From assembly GCA_046055745.1 (NCBI GenBank), contig JASFZG010000016.1, positions 2,423-66,422 on the forward strand: a DNA stretch of 64,000 bases. The letters run 5' to 3'. The notes under the pieces are model-generated. The model was not told the origin of the DNA. It saw nothing but the letters and a program-made list of their open reading frames with translations, and made no database searches. Positions 19,049-29,768 of this stretch are shown here, piece after piece. Position 1 is the stretch's first letter. Each line of letters begins with the position of its first letter. This DNA is from Flavobacteriaceae bacterium (GTDB taxonomy: Bacteria; Bacteroidota; Bacteroidia; Flavobacteriales; Flavobacteriaceae). Position numbers and translations under genes: made by a program.

Positions 19049-20530
19049 ATGCCACAAAACACGACAGCAGCAGCGTACACAAGATTAAAACCTTTAGTTA
19101 ATAATAACTTAGGGGCTATTGTACAAGAGCATATTCGTTATTACACCAAGCGAAAAGACGATAAAGAAGCTCAACAAAGCGCATTATCCGCACAAGCAGC
19201 AAAACTTCAATTATCTAAGAATAAGTTCTCAAAAAGCATATACGAGGGTATGATTCCTGATGTTAGTCAAGGATATATAGCTTCTCAAACAATAGATGCT
19301 TTTGATTCTAAGTCAGATTTAATACAAGACCTTGCACAAAGATTTACAGACGGAGACACAGAAGCAGGAAGACAGTTATCGGATTTAGAACGTAAATTTG
19401 ATAATCTTTCCGCAGTTAGTAATTTATGGGGGGCAAAAGCAATAGAACTTTCTAAAGATGAAGCTAATTACAACAAATGGTTAGACAAAGACATTAAAAA
19501 TACTACCGAAGCTGTAGGAAAAGGACTCTATAATATTAACAAAGAAACACTAGGTTTTAATATTGTTGACCTTGACACAGGCGAAACAAGAGAGCTAACA
19601 AACGGAGAATTAAGAAGCAATGATTACTTGACTGCGAAATATAGCGGTAAACCTAATTTTTTAAAAAACGGAGAACTTGTTGTTAAAAATTTACTTGATA
19701 ATATTAAAGGTGTAAAGAAGTCTAATAAGCAAACAAAGATTGATGGAATGTCTTTAATAGAAGGTGTTTTTGCGAAAGACAACATTGAAGCAAGAAGTTT
19801 TTATGCTATGATTCGTCAAGGAGTAGTACTTGGTAAAGATGGAAAACCTATTGAATTTAAGGATAAAGACGGAAACCAAATACCTTTAGGCGACTTAAAA
19901 GACAAACCTATTTTAATGAATAAACTTACAGGGGCTTATTACGATAAGTTTGTATATCCAAATCTTGTAAAAGTTATTCCTAAACCACCTTCTACTGGAA
20001 GCGGAAGAAAAAGTACTAAAAAACCACCGGCAATAAATATAACCGCAAACGAATCAGGAGTTGTTTTAACAACAGACCCATTAATAAATGACCCTGCCGT
20101 TAAAAAAACCGCAAGTAAAAATACAGAGTCTTATAACGTAACTGGTATTAGCAGAAAAATAGGAAACGGAACTCAAACGATAGATAAATTGTTTTACAAT
20201 AAAGATACTGGAGTTGTTTCGGTACAAGTATCACTATACGAACCTGTAGAAGTAACTACAAGTTCAACAGATCAAGAAACAGGCAAACCAATAACCTATA
20301 CAGAGCAATTAGGTAAAAAAGTTAATACTAGAGTTATTAGCGGAGACGAAGATGTTAGTGAAATTGGGAATGTAATGAACGTAAATGATGCCGAAGGAGT
20401 GCTTAATTTAATTAATGAAAAAAGAGCAGAACACCAAGCAAGACAAGACGCTAAAAAAGGGAAAAGTAAAAATCCGTCAAAGAAAACAGAATTAACAGAA
20501 GAAGAAATGAAAGCATTTTTAGGTAATTAA
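19049..20530 (+). CDS. internal virion (ejection) protein
   Basis: Position between pilot protein and giant virion protein. Confidence 0.5.
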   Translation: MPQNTTAAAYTRLKPLVNNNLGAIVQEHIRYYTKRKDDKEAQQSALSAQAAKLQLSKNKFSKSIYEGMIPDVSQGYIASQTIDAFDSKSDLIQDLAQRFTDGDTEAGRQLSDLERKFDNLSAVSNLWGAKAIELSKDEANYNKWLDKDIKNTTEAVGKGLYNINKETLGFNIVDLDTGETRELTNGELRSNDYLTAKYSGKPNFLKNGELVVKNLLDNIKGVKKSNKQTKIDGMSLIEGVFAKDNIEARSFYAMIRQGVVLGKDGKPIEFKDKDGNQIPLGDLKDKPILMNKLTGAYYDKFVYPNLVKVIPKPPSTGSGRKSTKKPPAINITANESGVVLTTDPLINDPAVKKTASKNTESYNVTGISRKIGNGTQTIDKLFYNKDTGVVSVQVSLYEPVEVTTSSTDQETGKPITYTEQLGKKVNTRVISGDEDVSEIGNVMNVNDAEGVLNLINEKRAEHQARQDAKKGKSKNPSKKTELTEEEMKAFLGN

Positions 20531-20544
20531 AAAATATAATTAAA

Positions 20545-23500
20545 ATGGACAAAGAATTATTAGAATTACTTAACAAAGCGAAAACAGCAGGAGCTTCCAA
20601 AGAGCAGTTAATACAAATTCGTGATAACTACCTCTCAAAAAAAAAAGGCGTTACCGAAGAAAATACTCCTTCTCCATCGGAAAATTCAGATTTGGATTCA
20701 TCAGAACCGAAACAGATTGGTATTTCGGAATCTCAAAAAGTTCAAAATAGTGGTATTCCTACCGTAGAAAATTTAGAATCCTTAACCAAAAAAACAGAAC
20801 TTGAAAAAAATCTTCAAAGAAGAAATGACGTTACAAATGTTTCAGACTTAGAAACAAGATTTAAAACACCACCCGTATTAGATAAAGATATTAATTCAGA
20901 TAAAAATGAGTTTGATATTAGTATATTTAGCGAAGTTGAAGATAATGCAAATAAAGAGATTACAGATAGAGACAATCGTATTTCATCAAATCTTCAATCT
21001 TTTAGGGATGAAACAAAACTAACTAAAGAAGATGAAATAACATTAAAAGAGCGTTTTGATTCAGAAAAAACAATTAGCAAAACGGAAAATATTATAGATA
21101 ATACTTTAACCTTTTTTAAAAAAGCTATAAATCCATTTAGTACCCCTGTAATAACTATTCCTTTTGAGGATGAAATAAATGAAATAAAAAGCATTGCTTT
21201 AGAAAAAGAAGAAAAATTAACAAATGAACAAGTTTTAAAAAGAGCGGAAGAGTTATTTATAGAAAAAGAAAAAGACAATATATTTAATGACAAAGCAAAC
21301 ACCTTTTTATCAGAAATTGACTCTAAAAGTAAAGGAGAGGTTAATAATTTATTAAACACAACCGCAAAAGGATTAAGTGACGAAAATAAAAAACTAACTA
21401 TTTCAAATATAGCGTTAAAAGAAGATTTAACTTCTGGCTTAGAAGAAATTAAAAATAAAGCTGAATTTTTTAAAAATAACCCTCAATTAGTAACAAAAGA
21501 AGACGTCTTAGCCTTTAATTCTTTTAAAGAAGATTTAATACAAAAAGCAGAAATACGAAAACGTAATGACGAGAAGATAATATCAAACACAAAAGATTTA
21601 CAATCTGTAGAAAAAGAACACGACTTCTTTAAAAGAACTTATGACGGTGTTTTTAGGGAAAATTTGGCTATATCCGCATCTGATTTAATAATAGGAGGTA
21701 TTGATTTTGTTAATTTTATAAGTAAAGTTGAAACATTCGGCGGTATTCCTATTGGTTTTGATAAAGACAAAGACCCATTATTTAATACCTCACAAATAAG
21801 AGAAGAACAAAAATCATCAAGAGAATCAATAAGAAAACCTGTTGAAAGTGTTGAAAGTGTTGATGGATTTTTAAATTATTCATCAGATTTAATAGCAAAT
21901 CAATTACCTATAACATTAGCAACAGCTACAGGATATGGAGGGTTAGCAGCTATAGGAGCATCATCTACTGGTCAAAAACATGCTGAAATGACTGATGATA
22001 TAAAGTCAGGAAAACAGGATTATAATGCTTGGCAAATGATGTTAGTTCCTGTTGCACACGGATCAGCAGAAGCCGTATTTGAATTACCAACACTATCTAT
22101 TTTAAAAAAAGGGAAAAGAGTTCTTGGCGCAGCTCTAAAAGAATCTCCTACATTATTCCGAAAGACTGCTTCTGATATGGTTAAAGATTTTGGTGGTGAC
22201 TTTTTAAAAGAACATTCATCAGAACAAGCTACTAATCTTGTACAAAACGGACTAAATATATATGCGTTAGGAAAAGAAGGTAACATAACTGATAATGCCT
22301 TAGATGTATTTAAAGACACATCTGTAATGACATTGATAATGCAGGGAGCTCCACATATAATGGCTAAAGCTTTAAAGCCTTTTCAATCAAAAGATAATTT
22401 AAGAATTTTAGAAGAAAATGCTTTTAAAATGAAAGAATTATATAAGGATATAAATAATACAAATATTACTGATATAGAAAAAGCACTAATAAATAAAGAA
22501 ATTGAAAAACTAACAAAAAATAGTTCAGATATAATGAGAGGCGTTATAACAGATGTATCTGAAATGGATGAAAAAACAAGACTTGAAATATTAGATATAA
22601 ATGAAAAAGCAGGTAAATTAAGGATTCAAGCAAACGAAATAAAAAACAACGGGAAATCTAAAAATAAAGAATATTTGTTAGAAATAATATCTAACGAACA
22701 TCAACTACTTCAAGAAAAAAGAGAAAATATATTATTAAATTATGCAAATAAAAACGAAATTTCTTTTAATAAACTATCGCAAGAAGAAAAACTTTCATAC
22801 ATTGATAAAGCAGGGGAAATATTATCTAATGAACAGATAAATAAAGGAAACGAAAACTTTACGATTACAGAAGAGCAAACACAAAAAAAAGCGGAAGAAT
22901 TATTTAAAGAAGACTCAGTAAAAAACAAAGATACAGATAAAGAAAAATCGGTTTCAGAATCTACTACTAAATTTGCGGAAGAAATTTCTGAGAACAAAGA
23001 TAACGTAGAAGATATTTCTGATATTTCAGCAGGAACATTAAAGGTTACTGTTGGAGACACAAGTATTAATTTAAAGAACGGAGAGGGAGACAATATTAAA
23101 ATTGAAAGTGTTAGCACTAAAGAAGGAAAAAGAGGTCAAGGAAGTGCTAAAAACGCATTAGCTAAAGTTTCAGAGGTAGCCGACAATCAAGGTAAAACTT
23201 TAGAATTAAATGTTGTTCCGTTAGATAATTCAACAAAAACACAAGGTCTTATTAAATTATACGAAAGTGAAGGTTTTGTAAAAGAAGAAGGTTTCGATAA
23301 TAAAGACGGAGGTAAAATGATTAGACTCCCCGAAACAACCCAAACATTTGAAGATATTGTTGCTAAAGAAAAAGAAAATATTAAAAAAACAGAATCAAAA
23401 CCCAATCAAGAAGTTAAAAAAGTAATTGAAAAAACAGCTAAAACACCTAAAGAAAGCAATGAGACTATTACAATAGAATCTTTACGAGAAAAAAACAAAT

Positions 23501-26500
23501 CAACATTACCAAAAATATTATCAAATACAGTATTCAGTAAAGACAAAAAAAATATTCCATATAATGAATTAGTAGGTAAAGACAACGAATTAGAAAACCC
23601 TGAAAACTTACCAACCGAAGAAGTATCTATAAGTGATTTAATCCCAACTCAAAGACATATTAAAGAAGCCAATATAAATGACGTTAAGGATTATGATGAT
23701 GCACCAGTTGTAATAAGAAGGAAAGGAGAATTATATATTTCTGACGGACACCATAGGGTTGCAAGTTCTATTTTAAAAGGAGATTCTAAAATAGAAGTTA
23801 AAATATTGGATTTAAACAAAGAAACCAAATCAGAATCTAAAACTAAAGAAAAACAAGTTGTTCCAAAAGTCAAGGAACAAAAGACAATTATTAAGAAAAA
23901 ACCTACCGTAAAAGAAGTTAAACGAAAAACAGTTTTTAAATCAGGTAAAAAATCATTTACTGTAAAATTGGCGGATGGTAAATTGGTAATCTCTCCATTG
24001 TACGGTAAGAAAAAACCATACAATAGTCAAATTAGAGACATTACTAAACAATACGTTGAAGCTACTGATTTTGACAAAGGAGAAAAAGCTAATTTTGAAG
24101 GAACAGGGAATCTAAACAAATCACAACAACACGAATTTATAGCAGATAACAGCAAAAACGCACAAGAAGTAGCTACAGCTTTAAACGAAGCAAAAAACGA
24201 CATAAAAGATACAGTTGAAGCACAAGAATTAACTTTAGAAGATGCTATATCACAAGCGTTAAACGGAAAGTTTATAGATAAAAATAACCATAACCATTTT
24301 ACAGATTTGTCAAAATTTTGGAAAGGCGGAAAAAACAAAACGTTAATCACTTTAGACGATGCAAGAAGGGTAGCACAAGAAATTTTAGGCACAGAGGTAG
24401 ATATTAACGATGTAATAGAATTTGCTCAAAAATATAATTCTGTAAAAGACTATAACACAATAACCAAAGAAATAGACACCGATAATTTAGATAATTTAAA
24501 ACAAAAATTCCAAGAACTAACAGGATTAAGACCAACAGACCAAAATATTAAAGATGTTACAGGGAAATCGAAAACCAAACAGGAACAGAAAACAGAAACA
24601 AAAGAAGATTCAGTTAAAGATGATGAAGTTCCTTTCCAAACTGAAAGCGAGCAGACAGGAATAAAAGGGAATATTTTACAAAAACTAATAGACACTCTTA
24701 AAAAAACAGGTCTTGCAAAAACAGTAAAAGTTTTATCCGACAATGCTATTGCAGAAAACTTAAAGCGTCTTGGGATTGAATTTAAAGAAACTCCATTAGG
24801 ATTTGTTGACGGAAATACTATTTATATTAATTCTGATAAGGTTAAAGCAGATACTCCTATTCACGAATTTAGTCACTTATGGATGAATTATGCAAAAGAA
24901 AATCACGCAGAAACATTCTCAGTAGGATTAAACTTAATTGAAGGCACTAATTATCATAAAGCGGTACAAAATAATCCTGCATATAAAGATTTAACAAAGC
25001 AACAGCAACTCGAAGAAGCGTTAGCACAAGCAATCGGAGAAAGCGGTGTTGAACTTCAAAAAGAAAGTGCTAAAAAATACGATCAATTTAAAGCTTGGTT
25101 TAAAAAACTTTTCACAGAAATAGCAAAAGGTCTTGGTATTCGTAATATGACAGGCTTACAATTAGCAAATCTATCGCTTAAAGACTTTACAAGAAGAGCA
25201 GCAGCCGATTTATTAGCAGGAAAAAAAATAGGAGAATTCGACACCAAACAGCCTAAAAACAAAATAGATGTTGGTGAAAATAGTGGTATTGAATTTTTAA
25301 TGGAGCAACAAACCACCATTAATGACATTAAAATCAAATTAAAAGAAACTATTTCAAACAAAAAAGCAGAAGAGAAAGATGTTAAAAAAGCATTTTTAGA
25401 TTATTTAAAGGAGACGATTAAGCGAAAAGGATTAAACGAAATCCAATCAGGACAATTAACCTCGTTACTTAATCTTTACGACAAAACAGTTACAGAAGCA
25501 AAGCTAAATATTGCTATTAAAAAAATTGATACTATTTCCAATAAACTTGACCAAAAAGAATATAAAAATCATATTGGAAAACTTAAAAGCAGAGCTATTG
25601 CCGTAGAAGTTGCAAGGAATAAAAAGAAACGTATTGCTGAAAAAAGAACAGCCGTAAAAGATTATCTAAAACAATCAATTAAAGATAAAACATTCTTTTC
25701 TACAGCAACATTTAACGACATTGTAGCTATTAACAATGCGATAAACAACAATAATATCGACCAAGCCATAGAAATGATAGACAAGGTAGCTGTTCGTCTT
25801 GAAAAGAGATATAATCTTGTTGTTGCAAGAAATGAAACTAAAAAAAGAACCGCCGAAGAAAAACTTGAGAAACTGAAACAAAAAATTCAGGACGAGAAAA
25901 ATAAATACAAGGACTTAAAAGAAAACTTCGCTAGTAAGAAAAAAGAAGTTGCAGAAGTAAAAAAAGCAGTACTTGATTATATAAATGACAGTCTTGATAA
26001 TAACTTACTTGGAAAAATAAAAAAGAGTGATCTTAAAGGAATTACTAAACAAACGAAAGTCAGTAAACTTGAAGACTTACAAAATTCCCTTGACGAAATT
26101 GATAATATTGTTTTAAAACTTCAAAATTTAAAGCTAAACGATAAAATCACTTCGCTATTAGACAAGGGTAAAGCAGGAAAACAAGCAAATAAAGATGTAG
26201 CTAAGAGTATTGTTCAAGAAAGAGCAACCGTATTAAACGACATTAAAAAATTAATTAAAACGGCTAAGTCAAATAAAAAAATAGAGACTGAACAGATTTT
26301 AAACAAAAAACTCGATGAAATACGTGATGAAATAACAGAATTAACCACAACTCCTTCTCAGGTTGATGGAGAGTCAGGTGTTCTTATTCCTTTAGAAACT
26401 ATCCCTGATAAAAATACGGAAAGAGTTAATACTTTATTAATAGCCGAAAATATCATACTTTCAAAATTAGCGAGTGATCCTGCGATAGAAAACCAATTCT

Positions 26501-29247
26501 TAGAAGGAGTCCGAACTAATTTAGAATTTATAGTTAAAAAAGGTAAGCACGAACTTATTGCTGAAAAAGAAGTTCAAACTTCTAAGTTAGAAGCGGAGCA
26601 AGCAGAGATTATTCCTGAGATTGACGGTAATAATTCAAGAAATACCAATGCGTTTAACGACACAATGGATAATATTAAAAGAAAGTTTAATAAAAGGAGC
26701 ATTTTAAAAGGAGGGCTTGTGTCGAAAAAACTATCTCAATACTTTCTAAATCCATTATACAGTAACTTAACAACTCTTAGAAAAAAATTATCCAAAAACC
26801 CTTCTAATGGCTCGGCTATTAAAGGCTTTCAAAGACTGATTGTTGATATTGATTTTGCGGAAATTAATATGAATCAAATCAATGAAAATTGGGGTAATGA
26901 GATAAACGATATTAAAGATAAAATATTTAAAGGTTTTATTCCTTCAAGAAAAGCAAGGCTTAAAAATGGTAAAGTTAAGTTTATAAAATCAAACATAGGT
27001 AGTAGAACAAAGGCTGATTGGGCATTGAGCGAATCTATTGAAGTAACGATAAAAACTCCTGATGGAGATGTAAAAGAATCATTTAGCGCATCTGTATTAT
27101 TAGATGTTCTTTTGAAGTCTAAAAATCCAAATAACTTAGAAGGTCTTGATAAATCAGGATTCACAAAAGAAACTATCGACGAAATAGAATCAAAGCTATC
27201 CGACAACGTAAAGCAGTATGGACAAGAAGTTATGGATTTTTACAAAAAGAAATATAAAGAGATAAATGACGTTTATAGAAAAATGTATTTTAGAAATTTA
27301 CCTTTTGATGAATTTTATTCCGGCAAACTCAATATTAGTGGCGTTGAAGATGCAACAGATCAAAATTTATTTGAATCAGTACACTCTTTCGGCACAACAG
27401 CAGGAGGAAGTTTAAAAACAAAAACGCAACACAAAAAAGCAATTACTCCCTCAAATGTTGACTCTAATTTAGGTAATTACATTACTCAAATGTCAAAATT
27501 TATAGCTTATGCAGAGGTTCATAGAAGACTAAATAAAACCTTAAATAATCAGGATTTTCAAAAAGCTGTTTATATGAACAATAAAGGCGTTGGAGGGGAT
27601 TTATTAGACCAATTAAAAAAGTTTAAAGAAAGACATATAGAGAAAACAAAAGTTCACGAATCTTCAAGGGTGATTAACTTATTAAATAGAAATTATATTG
27701 CATTTATACTTGGAGGAAAGCTAAAACAAATCCCTATCCAAATGGTTTCGGCTATTAACGGACAATTTTCTTTACCTAAAGGATTAACACCGAAAGAATG
27801 GGCTATCGCACACGCCAATATCCCAAAAGACGCATTGTATTTATTTGAAAACTCTAAATTAATAAAACAAAGACTTAATACAAAACAAGCCATAAAAGCA
27901 TTTAGTTCTATTGATGATTCATATTCATATACAAATAATATGACTCAAAATGACAGAGTAAATTTAATGTTTAGATTATTAGGAACAGCAGGAGATAAGG
28001 CAAGAGCAATAGGAATGACTCCTATTAAAGTAGGGGATATGTTAGGAGTTTCGGGGCAAATTCCTGTTTTTGGAGCAGCTAAAATAAAAATAAAACAACA
28101 AAACCCTACTTGGTCAGATTCTAAAGTAGCAAAAGAAGCAATGCTTGTTTTTGAAGATTCAGTAAACAGAACACAGCAAGGACAAACTAAAGGTGTAAAA
28201 AGTTACGTTCAAAACCAACCACTATTAAAATTATTAATCAACTTTAAAACAACACCAATTCTTAATATAAATGAGTCTTGGATTGCTTTAAATGATATGA
28301 AAAAAGGAAAGAACGCAAGTAAATCAAAAGCACAAAACATCGCTACAATAATTAACTTTGGTATTTTACAAAACTCAATATACACCCTAGTAAATACAGC
28401 ATCGGTAGCATCTAAAGCAGCTATTTTAGCAGGAACTTGGAATCTATTAAAAGCATTATTTGATGATGAAGACGATGATGAACAATTAAAAGGATATTCA
28501 AATGAGGAAAAAGATTTACTTTACTCATTACTCGGAGGTCAATTTATTGATGGAATGTATATTGGATCACTAAAAACTTGGATTGACTTGCAGTTGCTAA
28601 AAAAAGATTTCTCTTTTGGCACATCAATTCCAATCGTTCTAAAAGAAGAGATGGATAAGTTCGATAAAAACCAAAGAACATATTTAACAACAGAAAATCC
28701 AACAACTAAAAGAAAAGCAGGTATAAAAATGATTTCATCTTTATCAGCTATTCTTGCAGGTATGCCACCGAAAGCTGTCTTAGAATATTTACAGTACCAT
28801 ACTATTGTTTCGGGAGAAAACATATTTAATGAAGAAGAAAAAGCGAAATTAAGAGAAGGGCATTCATTTTCAGCCGTAAACTTTGCTAGAGAAGAAAGAA
28901 CAGGTATAAAACTAACGGATTTATTAGAAATTGATGCAAATGGAGAAAGTCTTGATTTTACCGATAAAGAAATTAAAGAAGCTGAAAAATCACAGGAACT
29001 TATAAAACTTAAAAATGAAGCAAAAGAAAAGATAAAATCAGGAGATAAACTTTACCAAAAAGAAGAACTGGATGCTTTAGGTATAACTGAAAAATGGCAA
29101 TTTAACAATGCTAACTTTAATAATATTAAATTTGATCGTGAAAGTGCAATAAGAAAAATAAAAAGAGGAACAAAACTCTATAACGATAAAGAATTAAAAA
29201 GACTAAAAATAACTCCTAAATGGCAAAACGATAACAAACCAAAATAA
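20545..29247 (+). CDS. giant polyvalent virion/ejection protein with GNAT, ParB/Srx-like and zincin metallopeptidase domains
   Basis: KRGQGSAK...KLYESEGF; LIPTQ...DGHHRV; TPIHEFSHLW...EEALAQAIG. Confidence 0.75.
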   Translation: MDKELLELLNKAKTAGASKEQLIQIRDNYLSKKKGVTEENTPSPSENSDLDSSEPKQIGISESQKVQNSGIPTVENLESLTKKTELEKNLQRRNDVTNVSDLETRFKTPPVLDKDINSDKNEFDISIFSEVEDNANKEITDRDNRISSNLQSFRDETKLTKEDEITLKERFDSEKTISKTENIIDNTLTFFKKAINPFSTPVITIPFEDEINEIKSIALEKEEKLTNEQVLKRAEELFIEKEKDNIFNDKANTFLSEIDSKSKGEVNNLLNTTAKGLSDENKKLTISNIALKEDLTSGLEEIKNKAEFFKNNPQLVTKEDVLAFNSFKEDLIQKAEIRKRNDEKIISNTKDLQSVEKEHDFFKRTYDGVFRENLAISASDLIIGGIDFVNFISKVETFGGIPIGFDKDKDPLFNTSQIREEQKSSRESIRKPVESVESVDGFLNYSSDLIANQLPITLATATGYGGLAAIGASSTGQKHAEMTDDIKSGKQDYNAWQMMLVPVAHGSAEAVFELPTLSILKKGKRVLGAALKESPTLFRKTASDMVKDFGGDFLKEHSSEQATNLVQNGLNIYALGKEGNITDNALDVFKDTSVMTLIMQGAPHIMAKALKPFQSKDNLRILEENAFKMKELYKDINNTNITDIEKALINKEIEKLTKNSSDIMRGVITDVSEMDEKTRLEILDINEKAGKLRIQANEIKNNGKSKNKEYLLEIISNEHQLLQEKRENILLNYANKNEISFNKLSQEEKLSYIDKAGEILSNEQINKGNENFTITEEQTQKKAEELFKEDSVKNKDTDKEKSVSESTTKFAEEISENKDNVEDISDISAGTLKVTVGDTSINLKNGEGDNIKIESVSTKEGKRGQGSAKNALAKVSEVADNQGKTLELNVVPLDNSTKTQGLIKLYESEGFVKEEGFDNKDGGKMIRLPETTQTFEDIVAKEKENIKKTESKPNQEVKKVIEKTAKTPKESNETITIESLREKNKSTLPKILSNTVFSKDKKNIPYNELVGKDNELENPENLPTEEVSISDLIPTQRHIKEANINDVKDYDDAPVVIRRKGELYISDGHHRVASSILKGDSKIEVKILDLNKETKSESKTKEKQVVPKVKEQKTIIKKKPTVKEVKRKTVFKSGKKSFTVKLADGKLVISPLYGKKKPYNSQIRDITKQYVEATDFDKGEKANFEGTGNLNKSQQHEFIADNSKNAQEVATALNEAKNDIKDTVEAQELTLEDAISQALNGKFIDKNNHNHFTDLSKFWKGGKNKTLITLDDARRVAQEILGTEVDINDVIEFAQKYNSVKDYNTITKEIDTDNLDNLKQKFQELTGLRPTDQNIKDVTGKSKTKQEQKTETKEDSVKDDEVPFQTESEQTGIKGNILQKLIDTLKKTGLAKTVKVLSDNAIAENLKRLGIEFKETPLGFVDGNTIYINSDKVKADTPIHEFSHLWMNYAKENHAETFSVGLNLIEGTNYHKAVQNNPAYKDLTKQQQLEEALAQAIGESGVELQKESAKKYDQFKAWFKKLFTEIAKGLGIRNMTGLQLANLSLKDFTRRAAADLLAGKKIGEFDTKQPKNKIDVGENSGIEFLMEQQTTINDIKIKLKETISNKKAEEKDVKKAFLDYLKETIKRKGLNEIQSGQLTSLLNLYDKTVTEAKLNIAIKKIDTISNKLDQKEYKNHIGKLKSRAIAVEVARNKKKRIAEKRTAVKDYLKQSIKDKTFFSTATFNDIVAINNAINNNNIDQAIEMIDKVAVRLEKRYNLVVARNETKKRTAEEKLEKLKQKIQDEKNKYKDLKENFASKKKEVAEVKKAVLDYINDSLDNNLLGKIKKSDLKGITKQTKVSKLEDLQNSLDEIDNIVLKLQNLKLNDKITSLLDKGKAGKQANKDVAKSIVQERATVLNDIKKLIKTAKSNKKIETEQILNKKLDEIRDEITELTTTPSQVDGESGVLIPLETIPDKNTERVNTLLIAENIILSKLASDPAIENQFLEGVRTNLEFIVKKGKHELIAEKEVQTSKLEAEQAEIIPEIDGNNSRNTNAFNDTMDNIKRKFNKRSILKGGLVSKKLSQYFLNPLYSNLTTLRKKLSKNPSNGSAIKGFQRLIVDIDFAEINMNQINENWGNEINDIKDKIFKGFIPSRKARLKNGKVKFIKSNIGSRTKADWALSESIEVTIKTPDGDVKESFSASVLLDVLLKSKNPNNLEGLDKSGFTKETIDEIESKLSDNVKQYGQEVMDFYKKKYKEINDVYRKMYFRNLPFDEFYSGKLNISGVEDATDQNLFESVHSFGTTAGGSLKTKTQHKKAITPSNVDSNLGNYITQMSKFIAYAEVHRRLNKTLNNQDFQKAVYMNNKGVGGDLLDQLKKFKERHIEKTKVHESSRVINLLNRNYIAFILGGKLKQIPIQMVSAINGQFSLPKGLTPKEWAIAHANIPKDALYLFENSKLIKQRLNTKQAIKAFSSIDDSYSYTNNMTQNDRVNLMFRLLGTAGDKARAIGMTPIKVGDMLGVSGQIPVFGAAKIKIKQQNPTWSDSKVAKEAMLVFEDSVNRTQQGQTKGVKSYVQNQPLLKLLINFKTTPILNINESWIALNDMKKGKNASKSKAQNIATIINFGILQNSIYTLVNTASVASKAAILAGTWNLLKALFDDEDDDEQLKGYSNEEKDLLYSLLGGQFIDGMYIGSLKTWIDLQLLKKDFSFGTSIPIVLKEEMDKFDKNQRTYLTTENPTTKRKAGIKMISSLSAILAGMPPKAVLEYLQYHTIVSGENIFNEEEKAKLREGHSFSAVNFAREERTGIKLTDLLEIDANGESLDFTDKEIKEAEKSQELIKLKNEAKEKIKSGDKLYQKEELDALGITEKWQFNNANFNNIKFDRESAIRKIKRGTKLYNDKELKRLKITPKWQNDNKPK

Positions 29248-29438
29248 TAATGAAAAATTTAAAATTAATTGATATAAATAAACTATCCGAGTTAAGAGAA
29301 AACAATCTTAAAGTGATTTTTAAAAATAGAATAATCTCGGCTAAAGATATTCTGAAACTATATTATAACGGAGTATTAATACTGAAACCAACTATATTAG
29401 ACAATTAAATATTAAGAAACAAAAACAAAAACAGAGTA

Positions 29439-29768
29439 ATGATTAAAACAGAAATTAAACAGTTAGTCGCTCATATAAAAGCGTTGCAAAAAGGGTACGA
29501 CAACATCTTACTTCTACTAAGCGAAGATATTAAGATGGTTGTAAAAGACGATGTAGAGTCAATAGCTTTAAAAGACGACAAGATAAAAACTTATGCCGAT
29601 GGTATTGATAAACTTTCAGAATCTTTAGACAAGCAACGAGACCGTATTAAGGTTAAACAAGCAGAACTTTTAAAACTTCAAAATCCCGAAAAGCATAAAG
29701 AGAAAATTGCTAAAAAAACAGAAAAAGAACACGGAAATTCTAACCTTAACAAGCATTTAGATGGATAA
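29439..29768 (+). CDS. putative terminase small subunit
   Basis: Small helical protein overlapping the start of the large subunit. Confidence 0.45.
   Translation: MIKTEIKQLVAHIKALQKGYDNILLLLSEDIKMVVKDDVESIALKDDKIKTYADGIDKLSESLDKQRDRIKVKQAELLKLQNPEKHKEKIAKKTEKEHGNSNLNKHLDG

Noticed and set aside
20545-29247. Virion RNA polymerase
   Set aside because: No DxDxD catalytic motif seen (DFDKG does not fit); host-type promoters occur throughout.
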